Shown here in pieces: positions 19,939-30,322 of a DNA stretch of 64,000 bases. Position 1 is the first letter of the stretch; each line of letters opens with the position of its first letter. The notes beneath the pieces were generated by a model. It was not told the DNA's origin. It worked only from the letters and a program-made list of their open reading frames with translations, and made no database searches. This DNA is from Salisapilia sapeloensis CBS 127946 (lineage: Eukaryota; Protista; Oomycota), in contig JAADVB010000056.1 in NCBI GenBank assembly GCA_023334545.1, forward strand, positions 1 through 64,000, read 5' to 3'. Made by a program: the position numbers and the translations under genes.

Positions 19939-22581
19939 ATGGCACTCGTAGCAGGCAAAAGTTTTCGCATGAACAGCCAGGAGGATGTCCAAGAGCTCAT
20001 GCAGACGATCGTAACGCAGATCCAGCTCAAATTCAAGAACGAGCTTAAGCTCAAGGAGGTCTTTATCCCGAAATCCAAAGCAGAAGCTAAATGCAACATC
20101 TTCGTGTCTCCCAATTACGCCGCCTGCCAACGACTCGTGATCTTCCTGCAGCCTGGAGAGGGCATGCAGCCCGGCATCTGGAGTCGATCGCTCCACCCGA
20201 AGACAGGTTTCCAAGGCAGCATGATCCCGTACCTTAAGACCGCCTTGCAACGTGGTTTTGGCGTCATGGTATTGAATCCAAGCACCAACGTGGCGAATGT
20301 GAATGGCCATCGCGCCAAGATTCTCCACTCTGGTTCGCCTGAAGAGCACCTCGATCACATTTGGAAGCACTATATTAGTACGAGCAGTGCGACGGAAGTG
20401 AGTTTCATCGCGTATAGCGACGCTGGGAAGCTCTTGAAGCGCTTTCTATCGACTTTAAAGTCGAAAGAAGCGACACGCGTGGGTGGCATCGTCTTCATCG
20501 AGTCGACGCATACGATCGACTCGAGTGAAAGGAGCACTGTCCGTCGTCTACTAGAAGACAAGAGTGTGAATTTCGAAGCGTCGAGACAACCCATGTTCTC
20601 GTCCATCCCTTCTAGCCAGTCTCGCCTCGGCTGCGCGTCCTTGTCGATAGGTAATAATACAGCAGCAGGTGATTCTCGCGAATGGACCGTCCACTCGGTC
20701 CAGACGTCTGCGTTTGTCTTTCTCCAATCTGTTCATGAAGGTCTCCCGACCGCGCTGCAATCCGTTCGTGCGACGTTCCCGAATAAACTCGTCGCGACGG
20801 TCCATCGAGCTCGTTTAACAGGCGAGCCGTATCGGAATCCACATGCAGTCGTCACTTGCGTCGGTCAGAAGAAGGAGACGGTTGGGAATCATAAACGGAC
20901 GATGGACCCGGAGTGGAATCAGACGTTCAGTTTCCCCGTGACGGACTCGGAGGAAAGCGTCAGCGTGAGTGTCAAGGACCATCGAGGTCTAGGCTTCACC
21001 TCAACCATCGGTCAAGTCTTGTTGCGCATGGGGGACGTCGGCTTGAATCGAGCGGACCGGCGCTGGTTCACGCTGCAGGACGACAAGGTTTCCACACCTT
21101 TCGGCATGGGCGAGATCGAGATGACGCTTGAGTGGGTCCACGACACCTTTGTCGCTCGCTCCGACACAGTCATCAAGGGCCATCGTGGCTTTGACGCAAA
21201 TGAAAGCGCGATCTCGGCGTCTGGCTCGAGCTACGGTAACTCGAGCACCGATGCAAGCAAGTGCTACATGTGCAGCCAGGCGTTCGGTCTGCGTCGACGA
21301 CACCACTGCCGCATGTGTCTCCAGCCAGTGTGTGCGAACTGCTCCGACCGACTCTTCCTCCCAGGCTTTAGCGAGCCCAAGCGAGTGTGCTCTGGGTGCT
21401 GCGAACTCCAGATGCGTCTGCACAACTCGAGTCCGCCTGCAGGGAGGAAGACTCCTAAAGGCAATAAGAACGTGTCGAGGGAAGAAGCGGCTAAGCACGA
21501 AGAGCGTCTGGAGGCCATGCGACAGCGAGAGCAGGCAGCGCAGCGTCCGCTGACGATCGACGACTTTGAGCTGCTCAAGGTGGTCGGTCGAGGCGCGTTC
21601 GGCAAAGTGCTTTTGGTCAAGAAGAAGCACGGGAAGGGCAAGGGCGAGATCTACGCGATGAAGATCCTGGTGAAAGCGCATATCGTCAAGAACGACCAGA
21701 TCGAGAATACCAAGGCGGAACAGCATATTCTCAAGGAGATTGATCACCCGTACGTCGTCCGCCTGCGCTACGCCTTCCAGAACGCTGAAAAGTTGTATTT
21801 GATCATGGATTATTATCCAGGTGGGAGCATGTACCATCATTTAAAATTGTCCAAACGGTTTACGGAAGACCGGACGAGGTTGTATATGGCGCAGCTCTTG
21901 ACAGCCTTGATGCACTTGCATGAGAAACAGATTGCGTATCGAGATTTGAAATTGGAAAATATTTTGATGGACCCCAAGGGACATATTGCCTTGACGGACT
22001 TCGGCTTGTCCAAGGAAGGGCAGTTTATCCAAGGTGGGATCCGAGCGTCCCAGGCGGATAACGGCATGAAGACGATCTGCGGGACGGCAGAGTACATGGC
22101 GCCAGAGCTTTTGCGCCATCAGCCGTATGGCAAGGTGGTCGATTGGTGGAGCTACGGCATCCTTTTGTTCGAGATGCTCACCGGGCGCACGCCTTTCGTC
22201 GACCGGAACCGGAGGCAAATGTTTAAGAACATTATGCAGTCGGAAGTCATCTATCCGTCCCACATCTCGTCGGATGCCCGCTCGTTGATCTCGCAACTGT
22301 TGAATCGAGATCCGGAGAAGAGACTTGGGAGTGGACCGACGGGCGGAAAGGAGATCATGGCGCATCCGTTCTTCCAGGAGATTGACTGGGATAAACTCTT
22401 GCGGAAAGAGATCACGCCGCCATTCATCCCGACCGTCGGAGGCGCGGAAGATATGACGAACGTGCCGGAGATGTTCCAGAACATGCAAGCCGTGGACTCC
22501 CCCGTGAGCAAGAAAAATGGCGAAGGACATCACTTTGATGACTTTACTTACCAAGGTGAAGCACCCGTCGGAAGAGATTAA
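19939..22581 (+). CDS. Multidomain kinase: Arb2/FAM172-like alpha/beta domain + C2 + FYVE + AGC kinase
   Basis: Arb2-like motifs RLVIFLQPG...PGIWSRSL, GSMIPYLK...GFGVMVLNP, SPEEHLDHIW and SFIAYSDAG. C2 domain (NPHAVVT...TMDPEWNQTFSF). FYVE (CYMCSQAFGLRRRHHCRMC). AGC kinase (GRGAFGKV, YRDLKLEN, ICGTAEYMAPE, FDDFTY). Confidence 0.85.
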   Translation: MALVAGKSFRMNSQEDVQELMQTIVTQIQLKFKNELKLKEVFIPKSKAEAKCNIFVSPNYAACQRLVIFLQPGEGMQPGIWSRSLHPKTGFQGSMIPYLKTALQRGFGVMVLNPSTNVANVNGHRAKILHSGSPEEHLDHIWKHYISTSSATEVSFIAYSDAGKLLKRFLSTLKSKEATRVGGIVFIESTHTIDSSERSTVRRLLEDKSVNFEASRQPMFSSIPSSQSRLGCASLSIGNNTAAGDSREWTVHSVQTSAFVFLQSVHEGLPTALQSVRATFPNKLVATVHRARLTGEPYRNPHAVVTCVGQKKETVGNHKRTMDPEWNQTFSFPVTDSEESVSVSVKDHRGLGFTSTIGQVLLRMGDVGLNRADRRWFTLQDDKVSTPFGMGEIEMTLEWVHDTFVARSDTVIKGHRGFDANESAISASGSSYGNSSTDASKCYMCSQAFGLRRRHHCRMCLQPVCANCSDRLFLPGFSEPKRVCSGCCELQMRLHNSSPPAGRKTPKGNKNVSREEAAKHEERLEAMRQREQAAQRPLTIDDFELLKVVGRGAFGKVLLVKKKHGKGKGEIYAMKILVKAHIVKNDQIENTKAEQHILKEIDHPYVVRLRYAFQNAEKLYLIMDYYPGGSMYHHLKLSKRFTEDRTRLYMAQLLTALMHLHEKQIAYRDLKLENILMDPKGHIALTDFGLSKEGQFIQGGIRASQADNGMKTICGTAEYMAPELLRHQPYGKVVDWWSYGILLFEMLTGRTPFVDRNRRQMFKNIMQSEVIYPSHISSDARSLISQLLNRDPEKRLGSGPTGGKEIMAHPFFQEIDWDKLLRKEITPPFIPTVGGAEDMTNVPEMFQNMQAVDSPVSKKNGEGHHFDDFTYQGEAPVGRD

Positions 22582-22635
22582 GTAGAGATAAGAAATGAAT
22601 CAACGTTGGATTGCACAAAAAGATAGCTACAGCAC

Positions 22636-24861
22636 TTAGGAAGGTGGTTTAGTTGGCGGTCGAGCAAATGTCATGGATCGAGAGGACTCGAGGCCGACGA
22701 CGTGGAAGTGGAACGGCTGGGCGTACCGTCGGAGATGCTGCGCGCTTGAGCTCATGGGGCCGATGGACGACGAGTGCGTCTGCAGGACCATGTCGTTGGT
22801 CGTCTTCTGCGTCTCCTTGTACGTGTGCTCCATGACGCTCTGCAGGTTGTTCATCTGCTGCAACAGGTTGAGCTGATGGGCGTTCAGGCCTGGGTTATCC
22901 GACACGGTCGACGTCTCGACCTTTTGGCCGTCGTCGAGGTCCATGAGCGCGACGGACGACCCGCTGCTTCGAGCGTCCTCCAATTCGTCCGCATCCGGTT
23001 CATCATCCGATTCGACTACGAGCTCCTGGTACAAGGACGAGAAGCTCGAGCTGCTTCCGTCGTCGCCGACGTGATGGATCAAGTCGTACTCTCGGAAGCT
23101 CATGTCCTTGAGTGGGTCGTCCAGGAGGACAGTGTCTTGTGCAATAGGTTCCATTTCGTCCGTCCGCGTGCTTCGACCAACGGACAGAGAGGCCGTCGTA
23201 CGTGTCGTCTGAGATGTACTCGTGCCTGCACTCCACGTCCGGTGCTTGCCGATCGATAAGGGTGCTTCGTGCGTCGACATGTTGTTGACACCAGCGTCGG
23301 ACGGTCCAGAGGACATTTGGTTCCACATGGACGGTCCGGACCTTGGCGTCGGTGTTGTGAGGAGCGGACCACTAGTGCTAAAGGCAGACGACTCTCTTGT
23401 CGGCGGCGTGGCACTGATGATCGCTTCGTACGTACTGCTTTCCATACTACATCGATCGACAGGTTGAACAGCGGACGGAGGAGAAACGACAGGAGGATCA
23501 TTCGAAGGTTTCAAGAGGATATGACCGATAGATGACGCACGTACGCGTGCGCCACCATGCAACAACTCTTCTTTCGCGACTTCCAACGAGCTTTCGTCGT
23601 ATACGTTATATATACACAATTTGCAGAAGACCATTCGTTGCTTACTAACGCGAAGCCGTTGTTCGTCTTCAAGACACACTTGTCGCGTCTGTCGGCAGCG
23701 AGAGCAGACGGGGGAGTGGCATAGTTGGCACGCAGTCGTGCGCGAGAAGGAGCTGAACGGACGATTGCAGGTGCTGCAATTGTGCTGGACGAAGCTCGTC
23801 TTCCGACGTAGCTTGGTGCTGGCCATCGAGTCCCCCAGGCCGTTCGTGCTGCTTGCGAGGTCGCTCGTGGAAGACGCGAGACGATCGGAATCGACGGAAG
23901 AGTCAGTGGGACGGAGCATGCTCTGTACTCGATGCGCGAGTTTCTTGCTCTGTGCCCACTTGGACGACTTACGGCAGGTCGTGAGCGCTCCTGCGACGGC
24001 TCGGAGTGCCAGCATCTCTAGCACGTGTCCTCCAGGCTCGACTCGAGCCTTCATGAAGACGTCTACTTCATTGTGTCCGACCTCCTTGTACAAGTAGCAG
24101 GACGAGAGTTTGGCTCGAAGGATATGCTGGTCCGTTAGTTCTCTACAGGCAGCAAGCGTGACGGAGTGAAGGAGATGGAAACCGATGCGATCTCCATTCG
24201 GACGCAAGAGGACACCAGAGTACTCGAGCAAGATCAAGTCTCGAGGTCGAACGAACTTCTTCGCGAGCTTCTGCCGATTGTCTTTGACGAGCCACTTGAT
24301 GCCGAGGAAGCGAAAGGGTTCGGCTGGAGACGGACCTTTCATCTGGTGCAGTACAGCTCCGTCGGCAATCGCGTCTTCGAGGAAGGAAGTGCGCATGCGC
24401 ATGGCTTGCGTCGTCGTGGACACCACGCCGTACATGACGTCGTCGAGGGTGCCAGCGATGGTTCCGACGGCCAGGAGCTTTGGCAAGTGGCTGTTCGGTC
24501 GTCTCATGCTCGGGTGTGGGATCGGGATCTCGGATGCTGCCGGCATGTCACTCTGTACATCTTGGTAATCGTCATTGTCCGCGTTTTGTCGAGGTGATGC
24601 CGGTCCGTCTTCCGTCGTTTCACTGTATTGACTCTTGTGTGTTTTCGATTGCCGCTTGCGGTCTTTGTAGACGACGACATTATCTCGACGCTTGAGAGGT
24701 TTCCATCGCCGAGAATCGACCTGATGCTTGTCCTTGGTGACGTGTCGGTCATAATTATGGAGCGTCTCTCGGACGAGGGAATTGGCGAGCTGCTCGTACA
24801 CTTGGACGTCATCGGAGGAAAGTTCTACTGTACTAAAGACGTCATGCTTTTCGACGGCCAT
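22636..24861 (-). CDS. START-like + FYVE-like zinc-finger protein (oomycete-expanded family)
   Basis: START-like core (GTIAGTLDDVMYG, DPFRFLGIKW-type motif, RPRDLILLEYSG, RIGFHLLHSV), then CSTCNRPF...CQLCHSPVCSRC and a long disordered tail. Confidence 0.8.
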   Translation of the reverse strand: MAVEKHDVFSTVELSSDDVQVYEQLANSLVRETLHNYDRHVTKDKHQVDSRRWKPLKRRDNVVVYKDRKRQSKTHKSQYSETTEDGPASPRQNADNDDYQDVQSDMPAASEIPIPHPSMRRPNSHLPKLLAVGTIAGTLDDVMYGVVSTTTQAMRMRTSFLEDAIADGAVLHQMKGPSPAEPFRFLGIKWLVKDNRQKLAKKFVRPRDLILLEYSGVLLRPNGDRIGFHLLHSVTLAACRELTDQHILRAKLSSCYLYKEVGHNEVDVFMKARVEPGGHVLEMLALRAVAGALTTCRKSSKWAQSKKLAHRVQSMLRPTDSSVDSDRLASSTSDLASSTNGLGDSMASTKLRRKTSFVQHNCSTCNRPFSSFSRTTACQLCHSPVCSRCRQTRQVCLEDEQRLRVSKQRMVFCKLCIYNVYDESSLEVAKEELLHGGARVRASSIGHILLKPSNDPPVVSPPSAVQPVDRCSMESSTYEAIISATPPTRESSAFSTSGPLLTTPTPRSGPSMWNQMSSGPSDAGVNNMSTHEAPLSIGKHRTWSAGTSTSQTTRTTASLSVGRSTRTDEMEPIAQDTVLLDDPLKDMSFREYDLIHHVGDDGSSSSFSSLYQELVVESDDEPDADELEDARSSGSSVALMDLDDGQKVETSTVSDNPGLNAHQLNLLQQMNNLQSVMEHTYKETQKTTNDMVLQTHSSSIGPMSSSAQHLRRYAQPFHFHVVGLESSRSMTFARPPTKPPS

Positions 24862-25248
24862 TTCCAAAGTCCAGGACGAAAGAGCTAGTGACCGAGGTCG
24901 AGGTCGAGGACGTAATGCATCTACCTACTGGCTTGATAAGAGAGTCGGAGACTCTCCACCCACTGCCACTATCTACGTTCCTTACCACCCACGTTTACAA
25001 CCACCCGACTCGACAAGCATCCTTCATCCATCTTCCATCCGTTCGAATGGAAGGATCTTGATAGGAGATGCATTTAAATATGTTCATACGTATTACACAA
25101 GGTCGATCGATAAAGTTGAAGGAAGCAGAGAAGGATGATCGACTTGCATCTACTTTGGTTTTGAACGTTTGCAACGTCGTTTGAAACGGTCCATGGAACG
25201 AGTGCATGGACCCAGCTGCGGTCGAACGGGAGCACACTGGGTTTTCGC

Positions 25249-26703
25249 ATGGAGCACTACACGCACTTTCGGGAGACCGTGGCAGGCTCTGTGGATACAG
25301 TAGTCCAGCAGTACTTGTCCTGTTGCACGAATGGCCAAGGTCTGTGTCATATCGACCCAGCCAAGTATAAATTCGTGAAGCGGAAGCAGCATGTCCGTTG
25401 TTATCGTCCGACGAGTGATTACAAAGCTCTACGAGCTCCTGGAGAAGTATTAGCGACTGGAGAGACGCCAGGCACCGTAGATGACTTGCTCTATGGGTGT
25501 GTGAACTTGACAGACGAAACAATGCGTCTCGACAGCGACCTTGTCAAAGGCAGTGACCTCATGGACTGTCGTGTCCTGGCGACGTTAGAAGCTCCAAGTA
25601 CTCAAGACCCATTTCGCAGCCTTGCTGTCAAGTGGCTGTTACGCAAGTACTCGAGCATCTCGCAGCCTCGAGACTATGTCTATCTCGAAGCTACGGGCAC
25701 GACGACCGTAGCGTCGGATGACGGCGGAGGGCCCATCCGCATCGGGTATCAAGTCGTCCAGTCGATTGACTTTGCGTCAGCACCCAGTTTCTCTCGTAAC
25801 GCCCACATCGTTCGTGGTCATATGCACTCTTGTCTTTTATTTCGTCAACGCCCTGGTCGCGACGTCGAGCTCTTTTTCCTCGGGTCTGTCGATCCGCAAG
25901 GAGGTCTCAAGGAAAAAGTCGGCGCGACGATCGCGATGGACCTTGTGTCAACATCTTCTAGACATTTCGACAGTGCGCAGATGAAGAAACTAACGTACGT
26001 CGTTCGATCTCGTTGCTTTCGTACGATCGAGGCGGAGGAAGAGGAGAAGCGTCGCGAGTATGCTTTGTTCAAGTCCTCTTCTTCTACTCGTCCTTCCTTA
26101 CATATTCGTCATACACCTATTGCATGTGTCGTCTGTGATCGATCTTTACGTCTACATTCGAAAAGTAAATGCAGGTCCTGTGGTGCGACGGCCGTGTGCT
26201 CTCGCTGTCGTGTCTACAAGCACGTCTTGGTCTCGAATGAAGACGTCGAGCGGCTCAAGCTCGAGTTCTGTACCGAGTGCATCGGTGCGTCAGAGGCTCT
26301 GGATGCTGCTCACGTTGCGACACGAGAGCTCCAGATGCTGTCGGGCGACATGCCAACCGGTCGGCGGACTGTGCGAACAACGTCCGGTGCGAAGGACGTG
26401 ACTCGGAGACGAGTGAAGAGCGCCGAGAGTCTCGCGGAAGATGAGGCGAATCGGACGCGAGATGGGTTTGCTAAGCTGACCAAGTCACTTCCGACGCGCA
26501 CGAGGTCGTATACGGATGTGACGAGACGGATGCCGCTGTTGAGTAGTAAGGAAGCAAAGGAAGCGTTGCCGGCGGAAGCAACGATTGTGTTTGATAAGAT
26601 GGACGATGACTGTCCGATTTTGGAGATGACACCAGAGCTGGAGGACGACGTGCTTGTGCATGTCGACTTACTTTGTATGCCGAGTGTCGTGGAAGAAAGC
26701 TAG
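25249..26703 (+). CDS. START-like + FYVE-like zinc-finger protein (second paralogue)
   Basis: GETPGTVDDLLYG, DPFRSLAVKW, PRDYVYLEATG, RIGYQVVQSI; zinc finger CVVCDR...CRSCGATAVCSRC...CTEC. Confidence 0.8.
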   Translation: MEHYTHFRETVAGSVDTVVQQYLSCCTNGQGLCHIDPAKYKFVKRKQHVRCYRPTSDYKALRAPGEVLATGETPGTVDDLLYGCVNLTDETMRLDSDLVKGSDLMDCRVLATLEAPSTQDPFRSLAVKWLLRKYSSISQPRDYVYLEATGTTTVASDDGGGPIRIGYQVVQSIDFASAPSFSRNAHIVRGHMHSCLLFRQRPGRDVELFFLGSVDPQGGLKEKVGATIAMDLVSTSSRHFDSAQMKKLTYVVRSRCFRTIEAEEEEKRREYALFKSSSSTRPSLHIRHTPIACVVCDRSLRLHSKSKCRSCGATAVCSRCRVYKHVLVSNEDVERLKLEFCTECIGASEALDAAHVATRELQMLSGDMPTGRRTVRTTSGAKDVTRRRVKSAESLAEDEANRTRDGFAKLTKSLPTRTRSYTDVTRRMPLLSSKEAKEALPAEATIVFDKMDDDCPILEMTPELEDDVLVHVDLLCMPSVVEES

Positions 26704-27453
26704 TACAGTATGAACTTGTAGCAAGGTACGAATAAGAATGGAAATCAATTTTGAAAGACTTGGAGCTGTTTGTATCTTGTTAGCAAGTCACTTTTTAATA
26801 GTCTTGTGCTGCTGAATGGAGAGTTTGGACAAAATAGGCTCGGTCGAGGTACTGGACTATTGTAGAAATATAGTTTTACAAGTAAAAGTTATATATATGT
26901 AGTTTATTATTTACATGTACTTCTGATCTATAGCTAGAGGTATTGATGCGGTGGGTTTTGATACTGTGGGTACAATACAAGGTTGTTATGGCCTCTTGCA
27001 TGTGTGCAGGAGAGTCGGGAGGAAGGATGTACTGGATCTTGAATGCAATGGTCTGTCGTACGTCCGCTGTCGAGCGATCGAAAGTGGAGTTGTGGTGCAC
27101 ACCAGCTGCCCGTGTTCAAACAAAAGTACAAGTACGACTCCACGCAAGTCTCTTTCCCCTCCGCCGTTACCGACCTCCAACTCGCTACAAGCCAAGAGCA
27201 GCTATCTCATCTACAAGCAGCCTCCACGACTGCATCCTGTTCAGAACTTGAACCAGTTCATATCAACTGAAACGGATCGAATAAGATCGCAAGTGTATGC
27301 ACAATCGACTAAGACTCAACGGGCACTATCTACATCTACAAGTAGACGAACGTCTCCATCTCCATCTCTATCGCCTCGCTCCATGTACCCATCTATCGTC
27401 CTCCTTCGACGTTTCGTAATATACTTGCTTTTTGTATACCATACAACACTTGG

Positions 27454-29319
27454 GTGGAACAGAGCCTGGCCAGTCGATCAGTCGAACGAGGTTCGTGGCA
27501 CTGGATGAAGGACAAGGACCGACCGACTGCATCCGGCCGCAAGAGCCGTCGTAATGGCAGTTCCGTGCCGACGGTCTCCATCTCTCGTAGGCGAAGTGGC
27601 AGTGAGAGCAGCAACGACGGACAGGATGCTTCGTCTCCGCTATCGTCACCGATGAGTCGATTGTCCGTGAGCGCTCCTGTCTTCACGCCGCAGACGACCG
27701 ACGCAGCGTCTTCACCGCGCTCAAACAAGTCCCTAGATGCAGGCAAGAAGAAGAAGAAAGATACAGACAAGAAGAGCAAACGCAAGAGTGGATCGAGGTC
27801 CATGGCGAACGTCACGATTCGACCGAACATCTCGTCCGATCCGCCCGAGGTAAAGAAACCAATCTCCAGCACCTCTTCTAAAGACAAGGAGCCTCGAGAA
27901 CAGGAACGGAAGAAAGTAGGTAGTAAGAAGACAGGTTCTAGCAGCACGTCCAAGTCTCTGGACACTCGGTCTTCCGGCCCTCGACAGCGTATCGGTGCCA
28001 AAGGTTTCTCTCGAACGTCCACACTGACCAAGTCGACCTCTACCAAGCGTCCTGCGCCTAAGAAAGCCGACAAGGCCAAGTCGATCTTTGATTCCGACGA
28101 CGAAGAGAGCGAAGACGAGTCGGATGACGAAGTGTACCCTGAAGGTACCACTCGCAAGAAGACCGCGAGTGCCTTCCCGGAGCGTCTGACGCTCTTTAGC
28201 CAGCAGAAACGTATCCCGAACAAGCGTGTTAGTCGAGAGAATGTCGTCGATACTATCTTTTCCACTCTTTTCGCAAAACCCGATAAAGCGACGAGTCGTC
28301 GACCGACGCTAAGTGTCTTTGGCGACGATGATACTGGTACAGACACGGATGAGCCAAATGAAGAGCTCGTGAAGCAAGGCTTGACCCAAGCACTCTTCCG
28401 AGACCACATCTCGAACCTGTCGTTAGATGCCGAGACAGCATCCACGCGACAGGAGATGGTTGAGAAAGCCATCACGCCTGCGCTCATCCACACGCTCGTG
28501 ACCGAGATGCGCTTCGAGGACTTTCGCACCGCGAGTCCTCGTCTCGACCTCTTACGCGCCATCCATCGCAATTGCCCGACCAAACGGCTGGCGATCAGTC
28601 AGGCGCTGTCGGACGCTGCGAATCTCCGACTGGACTTTGTCCAGGCGATGCAATCGAAAGCACAGGCACTCGAGATTGAACGACCGAAAGCGATCGTGAA
28701 GCATACGAGTGATCATGGACATGGGTTTACAGAACTCCTACGCTACGCGATTGAACACATGGGTGAAAGTGCTTTAGGCTTAGAAGAAGGAACGAGTGAT
28801 AGGGAAGAAGCAGAGATGGCGAGGAACTACATGCGGGTGCTAACGAGTCTATGGAAGGCACATTGGAGAGACACGGCTGGTACAGACGATGAAGAGCTGA
28901 TCGACTGCGCGGGGCAGTTTGTGGCCTATCTACCGCACGTAAGTGGTCCGTTGATTCGACGGCTGCTGACAGCATGGCCGCATCGATACCCTTCTCAGCA
29001 GGTGGTGGCGATTCGGATGCTCGCGCGTGTCATCATGTCCGGTCCGCCGTTGAATCAAGTGGAAGGATATGAAGAGCTACTGGGAAAGATCTTTCGTAAA
29101 CTATCACGATGCGTCCAGAGTCTGCATGTGGATGTCGCGCAGGAAGCGCTGGCGTTCACTGGTAGTCAGTTCGTCATGGTCCACTTCATCTCGACGAGTG
29201 AGCGCGTGTATAGTCTCTTGTCGTCTGCTTTCCATGCGGCTGCTTTGAACCATTGGAACGCAAGTGTGCGTGAGTCGGCGGATGCGAATTTTGATCGAGC
29301 GTTGGACTATAGCATCTAA
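27454..29319 (+). CDS. Divergent PP2A B56 (B')-like HEAT-repeat protein with long S/K-rich N-terminus
   Basis: The C-terminal half resembles B56: LIHTLVTEMRFED, KIFRKLSRCVQSLHVDVAQEAL, NHWNASVR. True start uncertain (first in-frame ATG at 27505). Confidence 0.6.
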   Translation: MEQSLASRSVERGSWHWMKDKDRPTASGRKSRRNGSSVPTVSISRRRSGSESSNDGQDASSPLSSPMSRLSVSAPVFTPQTTDAASSPRSNKSLDAGKKKKKDTDKKSKRKSGSRSMANVTIRPNISSDPPEVKKPISSTSSKDKEPREQERKKVGSKKTGSSSTSKSLDTRSSGPRQRIGAKGFSRTSTLTKSTSTKRPAPKKADKAKSIFDSDDEESEDESDDEVYPEGTTRKKTASAFPERLTLFSQQKRIPNKRVSRENVVDTIFSTLFAKPDKATSRRPTLSVFGDDDTGTDTDEPNEELVKQGLTQALFRDHISNLSLDAETASTRQEMVEKAITPALIHTLVTEMRFEDFRTASPRLDLLRAIHRNCPTKRLAISQALSDAANLRLDFVQAMQSKAQALEIERPKAIVKHTSDHGHGFTELLRYAIEHMGESALGLEEGTSDREEAEMARNYMRVLTSLWKAHWRDTAGTDDEELIDCAGQFVAYLPHVSGPLIRRLLTAWPHRYPSQQVVAIRMLARVIMSGPPLNQVEGYEELLGKIFRKLSRCVQSLHVDVAQEALAFTGSQFVMVHFISTSERVYSLLSSAFHAAALNHWNASVRESADANFDRALDYSI

Positions 29320-29411
29320 CGAGAGACGAGTGTTTTTTTATAAGGCTGTAGAGGAGGAAGAGATAGATCAACATGAAGGATATGGAAAGAAAGAGTTGGT
29401 TTCGAAAGAGG

Positions 29412-30322
29412 TTAGTGCTGACCTCGACAGCCACTCATGTCGAAGCCACAGGCCATCGAAATGACTAAATAGAGCACAAACTAGAATAGAGGATGAATAA
29501 AGAGATGGAAATGCACGAGATAGAAAACGTACGACGGCGAGGAAGAAGAGGAGCAGGTAGAGTTTCATCTTGCGGCGCCACATGGTTCGTCGGAGCTGAC
29601 CGCCGGAGCGAGAGAATTTGACGGAGCTCGAGTTGAGCTTGTCCGTTCGGTCGACGAGCAGCTCAAGCTTCTTGCCGCGGTCCCAGATCTTGTCTAGGAC
29701 GGAGCTAAGAAAAGAGTATCAGATCTGATAACGAATGGAGTACCGATGTTTTCGACGGCGATGTCCTTGACCTCATCCAGTTGCTGCTGGGCTCTCGTAA
29801 GCGAGTCTGCTTCCGAGTTCGAGTTGTAGTACTCCTAGACAGGATGTAAGAGAAGGGAGAGAGGAGTGTACTGTGATTGTACCATCTGACGGCGGATGAC
29901 GTGTTGGAACTCTTCGTTCATGGCGAACGCGATGGCGTTGGCACCGCGGTTGCCGTACATGGCTCGGAAACGTGTCTTGAGGTCCTCGAGGAAGAGGAAA
30001 GCTACGCGCCGTTTGTGGTCTTTTTCTGCCATGCAGAGAAATGTCATGCCGTCATCGACGATATAGTGGAAGACATGTCTATAGGAGGTTAGAGGCTGGA
30101 GGTAAGAGGTAGCGACAGAACGTACTGGTCGTAGGTGTAGCTCATGCGTCCATCGGTGGTGGGGATCTTGGAGAGTAAGGCTCTTGTGACGGTGGGGAAG
30201 TTGCCGGATGCAGCCGTGTATTCGGCTAGCACCGTGTTCTCCCTTGCCACTAGACCGTAGACCTACGATGGAGAGGTTGAGAAGGAGGAGATATGGAGAG
30301 AGGACGAGATGCGTACCAACAT
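29412..30322 (-). CDS. VAMP7: VAMP7-like longin R-SNARE, multi-exon
   Basis: Spliced exons: ML|VYGLVARENTVLAEY...RMSYTYD, TFLCMAEK...RRVAFLFLEDLK...FAMNEEF, SNARE motif with RGKKLELLVDRTDKL, and MWRRKMKL followed by a TM helix ending GCRGQH*. Confidence 0.9.

Noticed and set aside
26876-27400. Cluster of small ORFs between START-FYVE-like gene 2 and the B56-like gene
   Set aside because: Six-frame noise level; no motif or consistent splice model.
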